Shown one piece after another: positions 42,898 through 56,209 of a stretch of DNA of 64,000 bases (its first letter is position 1; each line of letters begins with the position of its first letter). Both the position numbers and the translations under genes were made by a program. The DNA is from Octopus sinensis (taxonomy: Eukaryota), in NCBI RefSeq assembly GCF_006345805.1, contig NC_043005.1, positions 18,166,001 to 18,230,000 of the forward strand. The letters are read 5' to 3'. The notes beneath the pieces are model-generated. The model saw only the letters and a list, made by a program, of their open reading frames with translations, was not told the DNA's origin and did not search any database.

Positions 42898-43570
42898 GCA
42901 AATGTCACACAATGAAAATGAGTGCTCAACACCGCATTGGCGGATAACATTTTTTTATTTGAGTTTGAAGGTTACCATTGGTTTCATGTTAATGAAAATC
43001 TCGTAGTAATGTTTCAAGCCGAGCTCATGGAGAACTATATAGTATATATTGGTGTTAATATGAAATATGTCTAGCTTTTATTGCCAAATATAAGTTTGTG
43101 GTGCTATGAAATACACATTTGATGATGTTGTTATATATACGTAGCCATTGGTACGAGTTATTCTTGTATGCTACGGCAACATTCATGTTGGTATAAATAT
43201 TAAATAAATGATAGTATATTTCATGCAACGTTACTATCAACATATTTACACTTTCCGCAAGCAACATAGCAGCACATATACATTAAATATTAAAATCTCA
43301 AACTAAGACGTGAAATGCAGATTAATATGTTTTTGTATGTCATCTTAATTATAGATTTCTCATTATAGCTTTTGCTTATACATAAATTTGGTTTCGCTGT
43401 AAATTTCCCATATTCGGAGTAAAGAAGGCGGGTGCCACGATTATGGAAAATGTCTCTCACAATCACGAAATTAGTGGACATTTGAAAGAAAAGCATGTCT
43501 ACCGTAACACTAGAAACAAATGAAAAAATAAGACAACGATAACGAAAGAATATCCGCCTACCAGATGAAG
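42898..43570. repeat. Unclassified ~650-bp repeat, copy 2
   Basis: Diverged direct copy of 39645-40310. Confidence 0.75.
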
Positions 43571-43608
43571 ATAGGCAATACAGTTGAATAAAACAATGAT
43601 GATGATGG

Positions 43609-43609
<1 letters not shown>

Positions 43610-43658
<49 letters not shown>

Positions 43659-43665
43659 TTACTAT

Positions 43666-43699
<34 letters not shown>

Positions 43700-43980
43700 G
43701 CAACTATTACTACCACAACAACTATTACTACTACAACAACTATTACTACTACTACAACTACTACTACTAATACAACAACTACTACTACTACAACTATTAC
43801 TACTACTACTACTACTACTACTACTACAATTACTACTACTACTACTACTACTACTAATATTACTACTACTACTACTACTACTACTGCAACTATTACTACC
43901 ACAACAACTATTACTACTACAACAACTATTACTACTACTACAACTACTACTACTAATACAACTACTACTACTACAACTAT

Positions 43981-44016
<36 letters not shown>

Positions 44017-44372
44017 AATTACTACTACTGCTATAACTACTACTACTACAACAACTACTATTACTATTACTACTACTACTATTACTACTACTACTACTAC
44101 TACTACTAATACTACTACTATTACTACTCCTACTACAACTACTACAACAACAACAACAACAACTACTACTACTACTACTACTGCTACTAGTACTACTACT
44201 ACCACTACTGCTGCTGCTGCTTCTGCAACTATTACAACTACTACTACTAATAATAATGACAATAATAATAATAGTACAATAAGGCTGGGATACTACTACT
44301 ACTATTGCTACTAATGCTTCTACTATTACTACTACTACTACTACTAGTAGTAGTAGTAGTAGTAGTAGTAGT
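43610..44372. repeat. (CTA/CAA)n microsatellite tract
   Basis: Direct reading; includes an internal block duplication and a switch to (GTA)n near 44346. Confidence 0.95.
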
Positions 44373-45145
44373 ATCGCTGCTGCTATTGCTACTACTGTTT
44401 CAGCTACTGATGGATGTGATAAGGATGATGTTGATGATGATGATCACTATGATGATGATGATGCTGATGATGATGATGCTGATAAGGAAGAGGAGGAGGA
44501 GGAGGATAAACAATATAAATTTACAGTTCTAATCAGAAAAGAATATTCCACGAAATGATTACTGGTGACTTTATTACTTGAGTAATAATACAAAGTGGGC
44601 TTCATCGATTATTTGTTTTACTTCCATGCATTTAAACTGATAAACAGAAGAATGGAAGATAAAAAAAAAGACCACTTTCAGAAGGCCATATACACGATAA
44701 TAATAGAGCAGCTACATAAAAAAATATTAGCATAAAATCAACATTTCATAAAGTGCTTTTGCATAAATGCTAGTCAGATAATCTACGTTTAAATGAAAGA
44801 ATATTTTATAATTCATGTAAGAGCGGATTTTAAGCACGAGATTAACGAACATGCAAAGAGAGCGGCAAACAATTATTTCTATGTTTTCTGCAGATGGCCC
44901 TTTTGACTTTTGAAAAACATTCTTGTTGAAGGTTTTCTTCTTTCGCTCTTTACGAAAGAAAGTTATTATAGCCTTATATCTCTATCTGCAGATCTATCAT
45001 CTGTCAACACCTTCTCCATGAAGCGATTAGTATGATCGAACTGATGATGCACAGCTAAGTATTGAATCTGTTGCGTGTGCAGAATTTCTCAGAGGGTGAG
45101 GGGTTTTGCAGTTTGTCGGTATTTTTTCTTTTAAATTCGTTTCTT

Positions 45146-45486
45146 ATTTCTTTATTGTCCACAAGAGGCTAAACATAGAGGAGACAAACAAGGACAGACA
45201 AACGGATTAAGTCGATTATATCGACCCCAGTGCGTAACTAGTTGTTATCTAATCGACCCCGAAAGGATAAAAGGCAAAGTCGACCTCGGCGGAATTTGAC
45301 CTCAGAACGTAAAGACAGAGGAAATACCTATTTCTTTACTACCCACAAGGGGCTAAACACAGAGAGGACAAACAAGGACACACAAACGGATTAAGTCGAT
45401 TATATCGACTCCAGTGCGTAACTGGTACTTATTTAATCGACCACGAAAGGATGAAAGGCAAAGTCGACCTCGGTGGAATTTGAACT
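45146..45486 (-). mobile_element. Two tandem family A SINE units (partial)
   Basis: Two reverse-complement bodies; the second lacks the head. Confidence 0.8.
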
Positions 45487-45539
45487 AATTATAATAATAA
45501 TAATGATGATGATGATGATGATAAAAAAAATAATAATAA

Positions 45540-46100
45540 TGAATGCCCTGATGCAGTACCAGACAGTGGCTCTCATGGCTTCTGATCTTAACTCATTGGA
45601 AGTGTTATCATGTACATTGTTTTGTCTTGGTATAAAAGAGGGGCTTACAACAAATATTCTGTTCAGTACCACAGATTTGCTTGTCAGTTGTTTGACCTTA
45701 ACCACTTGACTATGTCCCTTAGTGGCTGACGATATGTGCATCTCTGATCACAAGCAGAAGTAGCGGAGGGGCATCATAGCCGTGTGTTGAAAGGAATTCT
45801 TGGAAGTTTGGATAATTCACCTTTCGAAACATGGGTATTTCGTTCAACATCCTTAACAACCCTTATTCAGGGAGCTTTTGAGCGGGATGGGTTACTCGAC
45901 CAGAAGAAAATTCTAACTGAGCCCCACCTGCAAGGTCATGCGCTGTTTATCTTGATGTGAGATCACAATGTCGCGCACAATTGGTTGTGATGCATGTGCC
46001 TAGTGTACTCTTATCAGACTGGTAGTCATGATGGGTATACTGGGCTTCGTATATTTTACCTCAGTGTCATTGTGCTGACATGCACTTCACTCTCACTCAA
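45540..46100 (+). mobile_element. Unclassified non-coding element bounded by (AAT)n; last ~145 bp repeated at 46667-46812
   Basis: Both copies end in CACTCTCACTCAAT followed by (AAT)n, as expected for a retroposon 3' end. Confidence 0.5.
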
Positions 46101-46290
46101 TCAATAATAATAATAATATAATATATACATGATAATATAATAATAATAAAATGATACATATAATATAATAATAATAATTAGATAATAAAATAATAATAAT
46201 AATGGATGATTATGATGATGAATGATGATAATAATAATAATAGTACAATCAATAATAATTAATAATAATAATATAATAATAATAATAAGA

Positions 46291-46323
<33 letters not shown>

Positions 46324-46499
46324 TGAATGATAATAATAATAATAATAATAATGATAATAATAATAATAATAATCATAATAATAATAATAATAATAATAAT
46401 GATGATGATGATGATGATGATGATGATAATAATAATAATAATAATAATGATAATAATAATAATAATGATAATGATATAATAATAATAATAATGATATAA

Positions 46500-46536
<37 letters not shown>

Positions 46537-46580
46537 GATGATGATGATGATATGATGATGATAATAATAATAATAATAAC

Positions 46581-46623
<43 letters not shown>

Positions 46624-47021
46624 TAATAATAATAATATAGTAATAATGATAATAATAACGATAGAAATGTGAGATCACAATGTCGCGCACAATTGGTTGT
46701 GATGCATGTGCCTAGTGTACTCTTATCAGACTGGTAGTCATGATGGGTATATACTGGCTTCGTATAGTTTACCTCAGTGTCATTTTGCTGACATGCACTT
46801 CACTCTCACTCAATAATAATAATAATAATATAATAATGATAATAATAATAATAATATGATAATGATAATAATAATAATAATAATAATGATAATAATAATA
46901 ATACTAATAATGATGATGATGATGATGATGATGATGATAATAATAATAATAATAACAATAATAATAATAATAATAATAAAATAATAATAATAATAATAAT
47001 AATAATGATAATAATAATAAT

Positions 47022-47052
<31 letters not shown>

Positions 47053-47068
47053 TAATGATAATAATAAT

Positions 47069-47145
<77 letters not shown>

Positions 47146-47163
47146 AATAATAATAATAATAAC

Positions 47164-47210
<47 letters not shown>

Positions 47211-47231
47211 TAATAATAATATAATAATAAT

Positions 47232-47430
47232 AGTAATAATGATAATAATAACGATAGAACAGATAGGGGCTCCAATAAGGGTGGAACATTTGCAGAAAAC
47301 AATACTGCTCGCATACTCCAGATGGTGCTCAAAAAATAAGGGATTTTACCCCAGTTCATTGGTAGTAAACGGCTGGCAACGTAGTACATCTCCAGTTTTA
47401 GAAGCTGTGCAAACACAATAAATAATAATT
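47232..47430 (+). pseudogene. R4/Dong-type 3'-end fragment within (AAT)n
   Basis: IEQIGAPIRVEHLQKTILL..MVL-like end of ORF, ~100-nt UTR, then AATAATAAT tail; preceded by ~1 kb of (AAT)n. Confidence 0.6.
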
Positions 47431-47705
47431 CTTTATTCCCTACAAAGGACTCATACGAAACGAAGGACAATAAATACTACACTGAAGATTTACATAAAGT
47501 GAATGTAAACAAACAAACAAATCAATAACGATTAAGAATAAAAAATTCCATTGATGGAATCTTCCTGGTGTAGTATTACTGAAATGCCTCAAGTTCCGCT
47601 ATTAATTTGCCACTGTAGAGTGGCCACATTTAGGGGTAGTAATCCAGACTTCTGAGTATAAATGTTCTGCATAGAACCAGCATAATATATATATATATAT
47701 ATATA

Positions 47706-47913
47706 TATAAGTATATGAAAGAATGGAGTTGAACGAGTAGTTAACAAATATCCTTTATTCTCGACGTATGTTTCGAAGGCTGCATATTCCTAATTCCGAA
47801 GGAATAAGGAGTACATTATGCAGATTTCTCATCAGGAAAATCAAGGAACTTATGTCGAGAATAAAAGATATTTGTTAAATACTCGTTCAACTCCATTCTT
47901 TCATATACTTATA
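47706..47913. mobile_element. Fold-back element (63-bp arms) with an intact hammerhead in the loop (minus strand, 47758-47840)
   Basis: Arms 47706-47768 and 47851-47913 are near-perfect inverted repeats. Minus strand TTTTC-CTGATGA-GAA..CTGCATA..TATGCAG..TTC-GAAAC atac GTC-GAGAA. Confidence 0.85.
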
Positions 47914-48064
47914 ATTTTAAAATAAACATACAAATTTCCGCACGAAGACATGTAGTCTATGCCCTAGGGACGTAGCTTCAACCGTGTTCTTTCTGATGTG
48001 AATTTGCTACCCAGGTATCGGTTATCTTCGAATTATCCTTAATAAGATAATTCATTCAATTATT

Positions 48065-48151
<87 letters not shown>

Positions 48152-48432
48152 AAATTTTACCTTTAAAGGCATTTTTTGATATGCTGGCCATTGATAAAAA
48201 ATTTTTTCCCGAAAAAAATTTTATCCTATATCAATTATAAATAGATTAGTGTTCACTTCCGGATTATGGATTATATCACTCTGTGAAAGTTTCTAGTTCG
48301 AATCACACGTGTCTCGAGGTGCGCCGAAGATTTTTCTATTTGGACATATTTGGGGTCCTTAAGTCTGCTCGGGACTTGGTGCTTGCTTCTTCCATGGGTA
48401 TGAATAAGTATTTCATTTATATCTCGCGTATG

Positions 48433-48491
48433 TACCGCTGAAGAGGAGAAAATTTCTTGTGAATTAACCCCGAAATTGGACCAATACGGTA
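48433..48491 (+). ncRNA. Type I hammerhead ribozyme motif
   Basis: TACCG-CTGAAGA-GGAG..CCCC-GAAA-TTGG a CCAA-TA-CGGTA: perfect 5-bp helix I, quasi-palindromic helix III, AUA triplet, one A.C mismatch in helix II. Confidence 0.75.
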
Positions 48492-48624
48492 ATAACGAAT
48501 TTTTTAGAAATTTCTATCGGTTTGTTTCGAGACGCATAAATTTAATGGTTATCGACAATTTTTTTGTTTCGGCGTATCTGGCATTAGAATTTTTCTTCTG
48601 CTCTTATTTTGTATATATATATAT

Positions 48625-48997
48625 GGGAAGCACTCCGTCGGTTACGACGATGATGGTTCCGGTTGATCCGATCAACGGAACAGCCTGCTCGTGAAATTAA
48701 CGTGTAAGTGGCTGAGCACTCTACAGACACGTGTACCTTTAACGTAGTTCTCTGGGATATTCAGCGTGACACAGAGAGTGACAAGGCCGGCCCTTTGAAA
48801 TACAGGTACAACAGAAACAGGAAGTAAGAGTGAGAGAAAGTTGTGGTGAAAGGGTAGAGCAAGGATCACCACCATCCCTGCCGGAGCCTCGTGGAGGTTT
48901 AGGTGTTTTTGCTCAATAAACACTCACAACGCCCGGTCTGGGAATCGAAACCGCGATCCTATGACCGCGAGTCCGCTGCCCTAACCACTGGGCACAT
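48625..48997 (-). mobile_element. SINE family C, full length
   Basis: The minus-strand head CAGTGGTTAGGGCAGCGGACTCGCGGTCATAGGATCGCGGTTTCGATTCC is tRNA-like; the central domain is shared with 22311-22539. Confidence 0.75.
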
Positions 48998-49559
48998 ATA
49001 TATATATATATGTGTGCATTCAATTTTGTGCAGAAGTGTTTGTGTAATGTGCATATATTTTACGCAAATATGCAGTATTACGTACACGCACATGCCTGCA
49101 CACCCTTCCATATACATCGTATACATTTGTATATTGCTATGTAAAAACACGTGCTAATTTTAATTGAAACAATATAATGAGAACGCAGTTCTCCATATCT
49201 AAATTGAATTTGCAAGTCGCAGTCATGTGTGTGTAGGTCTGCGTGTAGGTGTGTATGTGTGCATGTGTGCGTGTCTGTGTGTGGTATAGTTTGTGTTTTG
49301 TATTTATCAAATTATGTAAATATGTCTTATAATTATGCACGTATTCGCCATTTCATACAGCGCTTTACATACTAAACTTCAACCTACACATACACCTGTG
49401 TGCCAGTGTTTTTGCATATATGCATATATGCATTAAACTATACTTATACATACATACATGCATATATATAAGTATATATGCGCATATGTATACATATGTA
49501 TATACATATGTATATACATATGTATAATGTATGTATATATATATATATACATATGTATA

Positions 49560-49613
<54 letters not shown>

Positions 49614-51366
49614 ATATATAATATATGTGTGTGTGTGTGTGTGTGTGTATAATGAATCCATTAATATAATACAGCAAAGACAATATTACTAATAATAATA
49701 ATTAGAAGAACTTTAATGCATTGAACTAATAAATAACAACGACTAAGACAGAACTGAGTGATGTGTGTGTGTGTGTGCTTGTTTGAAAAGTTTGCGATTA
49801 CAAATTCGCCATAATATCTCCTCTTGAATCATGGTATTGTAATGAAGAACATTGATCAAATAATTTGCTTATGTTGTTCGTCATGATGTATAAAAGTGGC
49901 GAAGATAGACAATAAGCGAGAATATTGATTGAGAAAAGGGAAGAAATATGTAGAGTTAAAGAAGGGGGAAATATCGTTGCACAGTGGTCGATCTAAACAG
50001 ATGTATTTAAATATTAATAGAGATATGTGTTTAATTACAACGAAAAAGTCTTTGTTGGAAGTTATCAGCAGCCTAGTGTGTGGTCTTTGTATGATGAACA
50101 CTCTCTTGTGAAGTAAATATTTTAATTCGGAAAGGTGTTGCATGAGTGAATACATCACTCTCTTGGTCTATTTTCAATTATTTGCTCTGAATAAAGGCTA
50201 AACTGAACTTTTCAAATTGTTTATGTGCACATGAGATTACAAAATATTATTAGTGAAATCTTAATAGAGAACGTAATTGTTTAATAATCTTATTCTACAC
50301 TTTCACGAAAGCAGAGCATGCAAAGACTTTTGTCATAATTATACGGTTTCGCAAAACATATTAATCTGCATTTGACGTCATAGTTTGAGATTTTAATATT
50401 TAATGTATATGTGCTTCTATGTTGCTTGCGAAAAGTGTAAATATGTTGATAGTAACGTTACATTAAATATTCGAAGTCAAACTAGTGTATGATTTAGCTA
50501 TTTCGTTAACGTCTATTGTTGTGATGCAAATAATCTTTTAAGAAAACAACATGCAAGGAAATACAAAGAGATGTAGTCATACATATATCGTAGCTAAAAG
50601 TAAGCACTGTGGGCCATGATTAGCATACCTGGCCAACTGGATTAGGAATGATTTGTGGTAAAAAAACAAGAATAGCAAAAACAAAGACTCACAGACTACG
50701 AAAATATAAAGTTTGATCACAGCTTGATAATAATCTGCTGAATCAGGGCTGATTTTAATCAACAATAAGGAGGGTCAATTTGAATAATGTTGTTCTCGCT
50801 ATATTGGGACGACTTTTATCATAGGTGTTATGGAACAACGGTGACATGGGTTAAAGCAGCTAAAACAATTATAACTGAATTATGGAGCCCTTCCACGTAG
50901 TATGTCAGAAATGATTAACGAGCGAAATGGTCAAGGCTGGAACGCCTTTGAAAATAGATCCAATAGATCAGAGATGAGCTAGAGCTAAGTAACTGCAGCT
51001 CTCGATATAATTCTATATCGATTTCTGCAGTTACCACCGCTGAAGTAGTTTAAAGATGTCCCTTTGATGTTATGATGTGGCGGTTGTGATAATCTTGCTG
51101 TTGGTGATAATGATGTTGGTGGTGATAGTATTAGAGTTGGTATAGGTGGTGGTAGTGGTGGTGGTGGCTTTAGTATAAGTGGTGTTGGTGGTGGTCGGAA
51201 GGATATTGCAATCTCCTATAAAAAGAAACGCCCTTATCAAGAAAACAAAACACAACAAAACAAACAAAAAACATTCCATTATTTACATCTTGAAGCAAAC
51301 AGAATCCCAAGAAGTCAAAAACTAAATATAAAAGAAATGGGAAAAAAGGTAAAGCAAAAGCACACA

Positions 51367-51413
<47 letters not shown>

Positions 51414-51638
51414 TGCACACACACGCAAAAAAACAAAGACACACACTTGCACGATAAAGGTGATTAGTTTTGCTCCAAGATCAATGCACCGTCCTATAAC
51501 TCTCGCCCTTCCTATATTGATCAATATCATTGAAGATAATATTTCTAGCAAAAAAAAAAAAAAATTAGTGATGCCGTCACGGTAAAGTAATTGATCTTTC
51601 ATTCTCTATATCCATTTCTCCCGCCTGCCTTCCACTCC

Positions 51639-51703
<65 letters not shown>

Positions 51704-52897
51704 TGTGTGTATGTATGTATGTATGTATGTATGTATGTATGTATGTATGTATGTATGTATGCATCTATCTATCTATCACCCTTCTTCGGCTCTCATTTTT
51801 TATTCTTTTTATTTTTTATTGTTGCTTTCTTTCTTTCTTTCTTTCTTTCTTTATTTATTTGCTTCTCTCTTTCTCTCTCATTCTCCCCGTTTTCTCCGCC
51901 TGTAATAGTATGCGGTATAGCTTCAAGGATAGGCTTATTCTTCTTCGCCATAACCTGAATGGAATAACAAATTAGTGTTCTTAAAAATAAACTTTCTACG
52001 TAGTCGCTTATCATGTTAGAAATAGCACCCAAATACCTCTGAGATTTCCTTCCCATCGTTTGAAGGAAGAGGAGTCGCTGCATTACGTAACCCTAGGCTC
52101 TCAGCGCATAAAATATTCATAGAATATTCAACATTGGAAACTCTTTGATGAAAGGTCTGTTCGATCTAATCTGACCTTGGAAAGAACATCAGCTACAATC
52201 TCTCTAACACAGTATACAAGTAAATGAACATTCCAGTCAATAACCTAGCTCAGGAATTCATTAACACATGCATTCATAAACATGCACATACACGTACATA
52301 TATGCATAGGCAACATACCCATAAGTACAACGGACATATACACATTCTTCCTCAGTTTGGGCCTCTTTTACTCACCTTAAATTTTCTCACTCTATGCCTT
52401 CCTTTCTCACTGTCTCTCTAATTCATTATAACACACTCTCTGTTTTTCTCTCCCTCTCGCTAGCCCTCTCTGTCTGACATTAGCCATCTCTCACTTTTAC
52501 TTTAACTCCTTAGCACAGAAAAATCATCAGTATTTTTCTGTCATCCTCGACCTCAGACACGTACATAAACAGAATCATACATGCAGAGGCACCAACACAC
52601 ATAATCATATATACACGCGTAGAAACACTAATATACATATACGCACGTATAAATACGCATGCAGGGTCTCTCACATAAATACACTCTCTCACCTACTGTC
52701 CCCCATACTCTGACAAGTTCTACTGTCTATTACCAATAATTACAACAGACACACACACACACGCACACACACACAACATTCGGACGAAAACTCTGAACGA
52801 CCCGTACTTTTTTCTTCGTATCGTCTATCTGGATGTTTTGCTGTCCCATTTTGCATCATCTAACTGTATGGATGTTTTGCGTTCTTGTCCCATTTTG

Positions 52898-52945
<48 letters not shown>

Positions 52946-53011
52946 GCACACTCACACGCACGCACACACACACACACACGCACACACACACACACGCACA
53001 CACACACACGC

Positions 53012-53055
<44 letters not shown>

Positions 53056-53057
53056 CA

Positions 53058-53945
53058 GAGGGTGCGATGGGTAAATTGTCGCAATTTCATATTCTTAATT
53101 TCGCGCATGCTTATGGTCTGTTTTTGTTTTTTTAGTTGGTTCAGTTGGGCACCATCTGTGGCAAAAACATCACCATGACGTAATTCACACATAGTGAAAT
53201 TTGCAAACGACATGCCATACTGCTTGGCATTCGCGCTGGAAGCTCCAATACGAATATTTCAGAGTGTCTGGGTGTCAATCTGAGGACATGTACAATCTGA
53301 GGACAGTACAATCTGAGGATATGTACGGAGAGTGATAAAATTCAAACATCCAGTTAACACCATGGTGTTTGGAGTGATCACTAGTGATGGTGACGTTATG
53401 TCTACATTCATCTTCCCAACGGTCTCATACTCAACACAGAGGCCTAAATCAAGGGCCTGGAAGAGTTAGTGTTGCTCTAGGCCAAGAGGCTGGCTGTTAG
53501 AAGACCCTATGTCTGCCAACAGGACTCTGCACCATGCAATACAAGCAGGAGAACCCAATCATGGAAGTCAGACTATTTCTGAAACCACATCACCCTTAAC
53601 ATCTGGCCACCTAACTCCTCAGACTGCAATCCCCTTGATTACTATGAGTGGAGCGCAGCTGAGCGGGAAACCAAATAAACTCTTTCTAACAACAAAGATG
53701 AACTGAAGGCAACGATTATGGCAGCATTAACCTGCGTAATCAAGGAGAGAATCCGGAAGAGCTGCAGGATATTCCGAAGTCGTCTGGAAGGTGTGGTTAA
53801 AGCCAATGGTAATTTTATTGAATAGATTTATTCATTTGTATTTCAGGATATTTTATGTTATTTTCGTAAATATATTCGTTAGAATGAGATGTCTGATGTT
53901 TTCATTTTTGCGTAATTTAGACGACAGTTTATTCACCGCATCCTG
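53058..53945 (+). mobile_element. Internally deleted DD37D (maT-family) Tc1/mariner transposon
   Basis: Imperfect TIRs GGGTGCGATGGGTAAATTGTCG / CGACAGTTTATTCACCGCATCCTG|TA. Translation KHPVNTMVFGVITSDG..QQDSAP..WPPNSSDCNPLD has 37 residues between the 2nd and 3rd Asp (from 53523); stop at 53823-53825; internal stops present. Confidence 0.9.
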
Positions 53946-54362
53946 TATATATATATATATATATACTTACACACACATATATGTATATATGCATATGTGC
54001 GTGAGTTTTTGCGTCTGTGTTTGACAACCGGTAAGCTTGCAGTTCGGCACAAAAGGGCAATACAATAAGTACTAGACTTAAGAAATAAGCCCTGGGGTCG
54101 ATTTGTTCGGCTAAAACTATTCAAGCTCCACCTGTGTGTTTGTATATATATATATACATACATAATAAATGAAAGAATAAAAGAATATATATTCTTTTAT
54201 TCTTTCATTTGTTTGAGTCATTTGACTGCGGCTACGCTGAAGCACCGTCTTTAGTCGAACAAATCGACCCCACAACTTATTATCAGGCTCTTTTACCGAA
54301 CCGCTAAGTTACGGGGACGAATGCACGCTACCATCGGTTGTAAAGCGATGGTGAAGGGGCAA

Positions 54363-54398
<36 letters not shown>

Positions 54399-54402
54399 AC
54401 GT

Positions 54403-54442
<40 letters not shown>

Positions 54443-54497
54443 GACGGGCTTCTTTCAATTTCCGTCTACCAAATCTACTGACAAGGTTTTGCTCGGG

Positions 54498-55070
54498 TAT
54501 AAATTAAGGTATCTACGAGATACCACCATGCTGAAAATAGCAGCCATGATCTGACTCTAAAACAACCTTAATTGTCCATATATATCAACAAGGAGAGAAA
54601 CCAAAGAGACAAGATGAAACTAGTAGAAAATTACTGGATAAATCTAGATCTCGGATTTCTGACTTTGCACTTAGAAATAATTTGCCTCGTCAGTAGAATA
54701 CACACAAAGGAGAAACATAAATACATATATATATATATAAATACAACATACGAATACTTACATATACGAACGTATACCTACATATATATGCACGTATGCA
54801 TCATGGCCAGTTTAAAATGCCCGCCGTTTAATTCCATGTGAGATATGGTCAAAATATAGCCGCAATAAATACAGTGACGAAATAAATTAAAATTTATATA
54901 AATTTTGAACTGGATCCGGGATCTAGAATTATCCAGTAATTTTTTACTAGTTTCATCTTGTCTCTTTGTTTTCTCTCCGTGTCGATATATGGACACTTAA
55001 AGTTGTTTTAGAGTTAGATCATGGCTGCTATTTTCAGCATGGTGGTATCACGTAGATACCCTAATTTATA
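54498..55070. mobile_element. Fold-back element (~157-bp arms) with minus-strand hammerhead (54642-54698)
   Basis: Arms 54498-54656 and 54914-55070. Minus strand TTCTA-CTGACGA-GGC..GTC-A-GAAA-TCCGAG-ATC-TAGA. Same family as 23360-23747. Confidence 0.8.
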
Positions 55071-55537
55071 ATTTATATATATATATAACGGGAAGCTTTA
55101 TGAAAATAAACAAAAGACGAAGGCAGGTTTACGGAAATATATACACACAACAACCTCGAACCCACAAGAATAAACGAGAGAGACAGAGACAGGCAGAAAC
55201 AAGGAAAATGCCCCTTGTATTTGAATGCTATGCAAATATTCTTTTAAAAAACTTTTCTTTCAATTTTTCCAAAATTTAATTGTTTTCCATACTGAGAGTT
55301 GAAAAAGTTTCAATGACTGAAACCGGTACTGAAGTGTTTTTTACAAAATTATTTTTGCATTTTCTACCTTAACTTTTTTCCACACACACAGCCACACACA
55401 CACACACGCACACACACATATATATATAGACACGAAACGTAAAAGACTTTCTCACTTCCCGAGCGTTAAACTAATACATCTGGTTGTTCTTTACACACCT
55501 GTCTTTGTCTTTTTTTTTTTTTTGTAAATTCTCACTG

Positions 55538-55581
<44 letters not shown>

Positions 55582-55636
55582 GACGGGCTTCTTTCAATTT
55601 CCGTCTACCAAATCTACTGACAAGGTTTTGCTCGGG

Positions 55637-56209
55637 TATAAATTAAGGTATCTACGAGATACCACCATGCTGAAAATAGCAGCCATGATCTGACTCTAAA
55701 ACAACCTTAATTGTCCATATATATCAACAAGGAGAGAAACCAAAGAGACAAGATGAAACTAGTAGAAAATTACTGGATAAATCTAGATCTCGGATTTCTG
55801 ACTTTGCACTTAGAAATAATTTGCCTCGTCAGTAGAATACACACAAAGGAGAAACATAAATACATATATATATATATAAATACAACATACGAATACTTAC
55901 ATATACGAACGTATACCTACATATATATGCACGTATGCATCATGGCCAGTTTAAAATGCCCGCCGTTTAATTCCATGTGAGATATGGTCAAAATATAGCC
56001 GCAATAAATACAGTGACGAAATAAATTAAAATTTATATAAATTTTGAACTGGATCCGGGATCTAGAATTATCCAGTAATTTTTTACTAGTTTCATCTTGT
56101 CTCTTTGTTTTCTCTCCGTGTCGATATATGGACACTTAAAGTTGTTTTAGAGTTAGATCATGGCTGCTATTTTCAGCATGGTGGTATCACGTAGATACCC
56201 TAATTTATA
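55637..56209. mobile_element. Duplicate of the 54498-55070 fold-back element (hammerhead 55781-55837)
   Basis: Part of the 1139-bp duplication. Confidence 0.8.

Noticed and set aside
43558-44262. 234-aa poly-Val ORF and the many poly-I/Y/L/HT/CV ORFs in the track
   Set aside because: They are translations of (CTA)n, (AAT)n, (TA)n, (CA)n and (TATG)n microsatellites.
45041-45090. CTGATGA-TGCAC..GTGCA-GAAT as a hammerhead
   Set aside because: Helix II is good, but A15.1 is missing and there is no NUH plus helix I arrangement.
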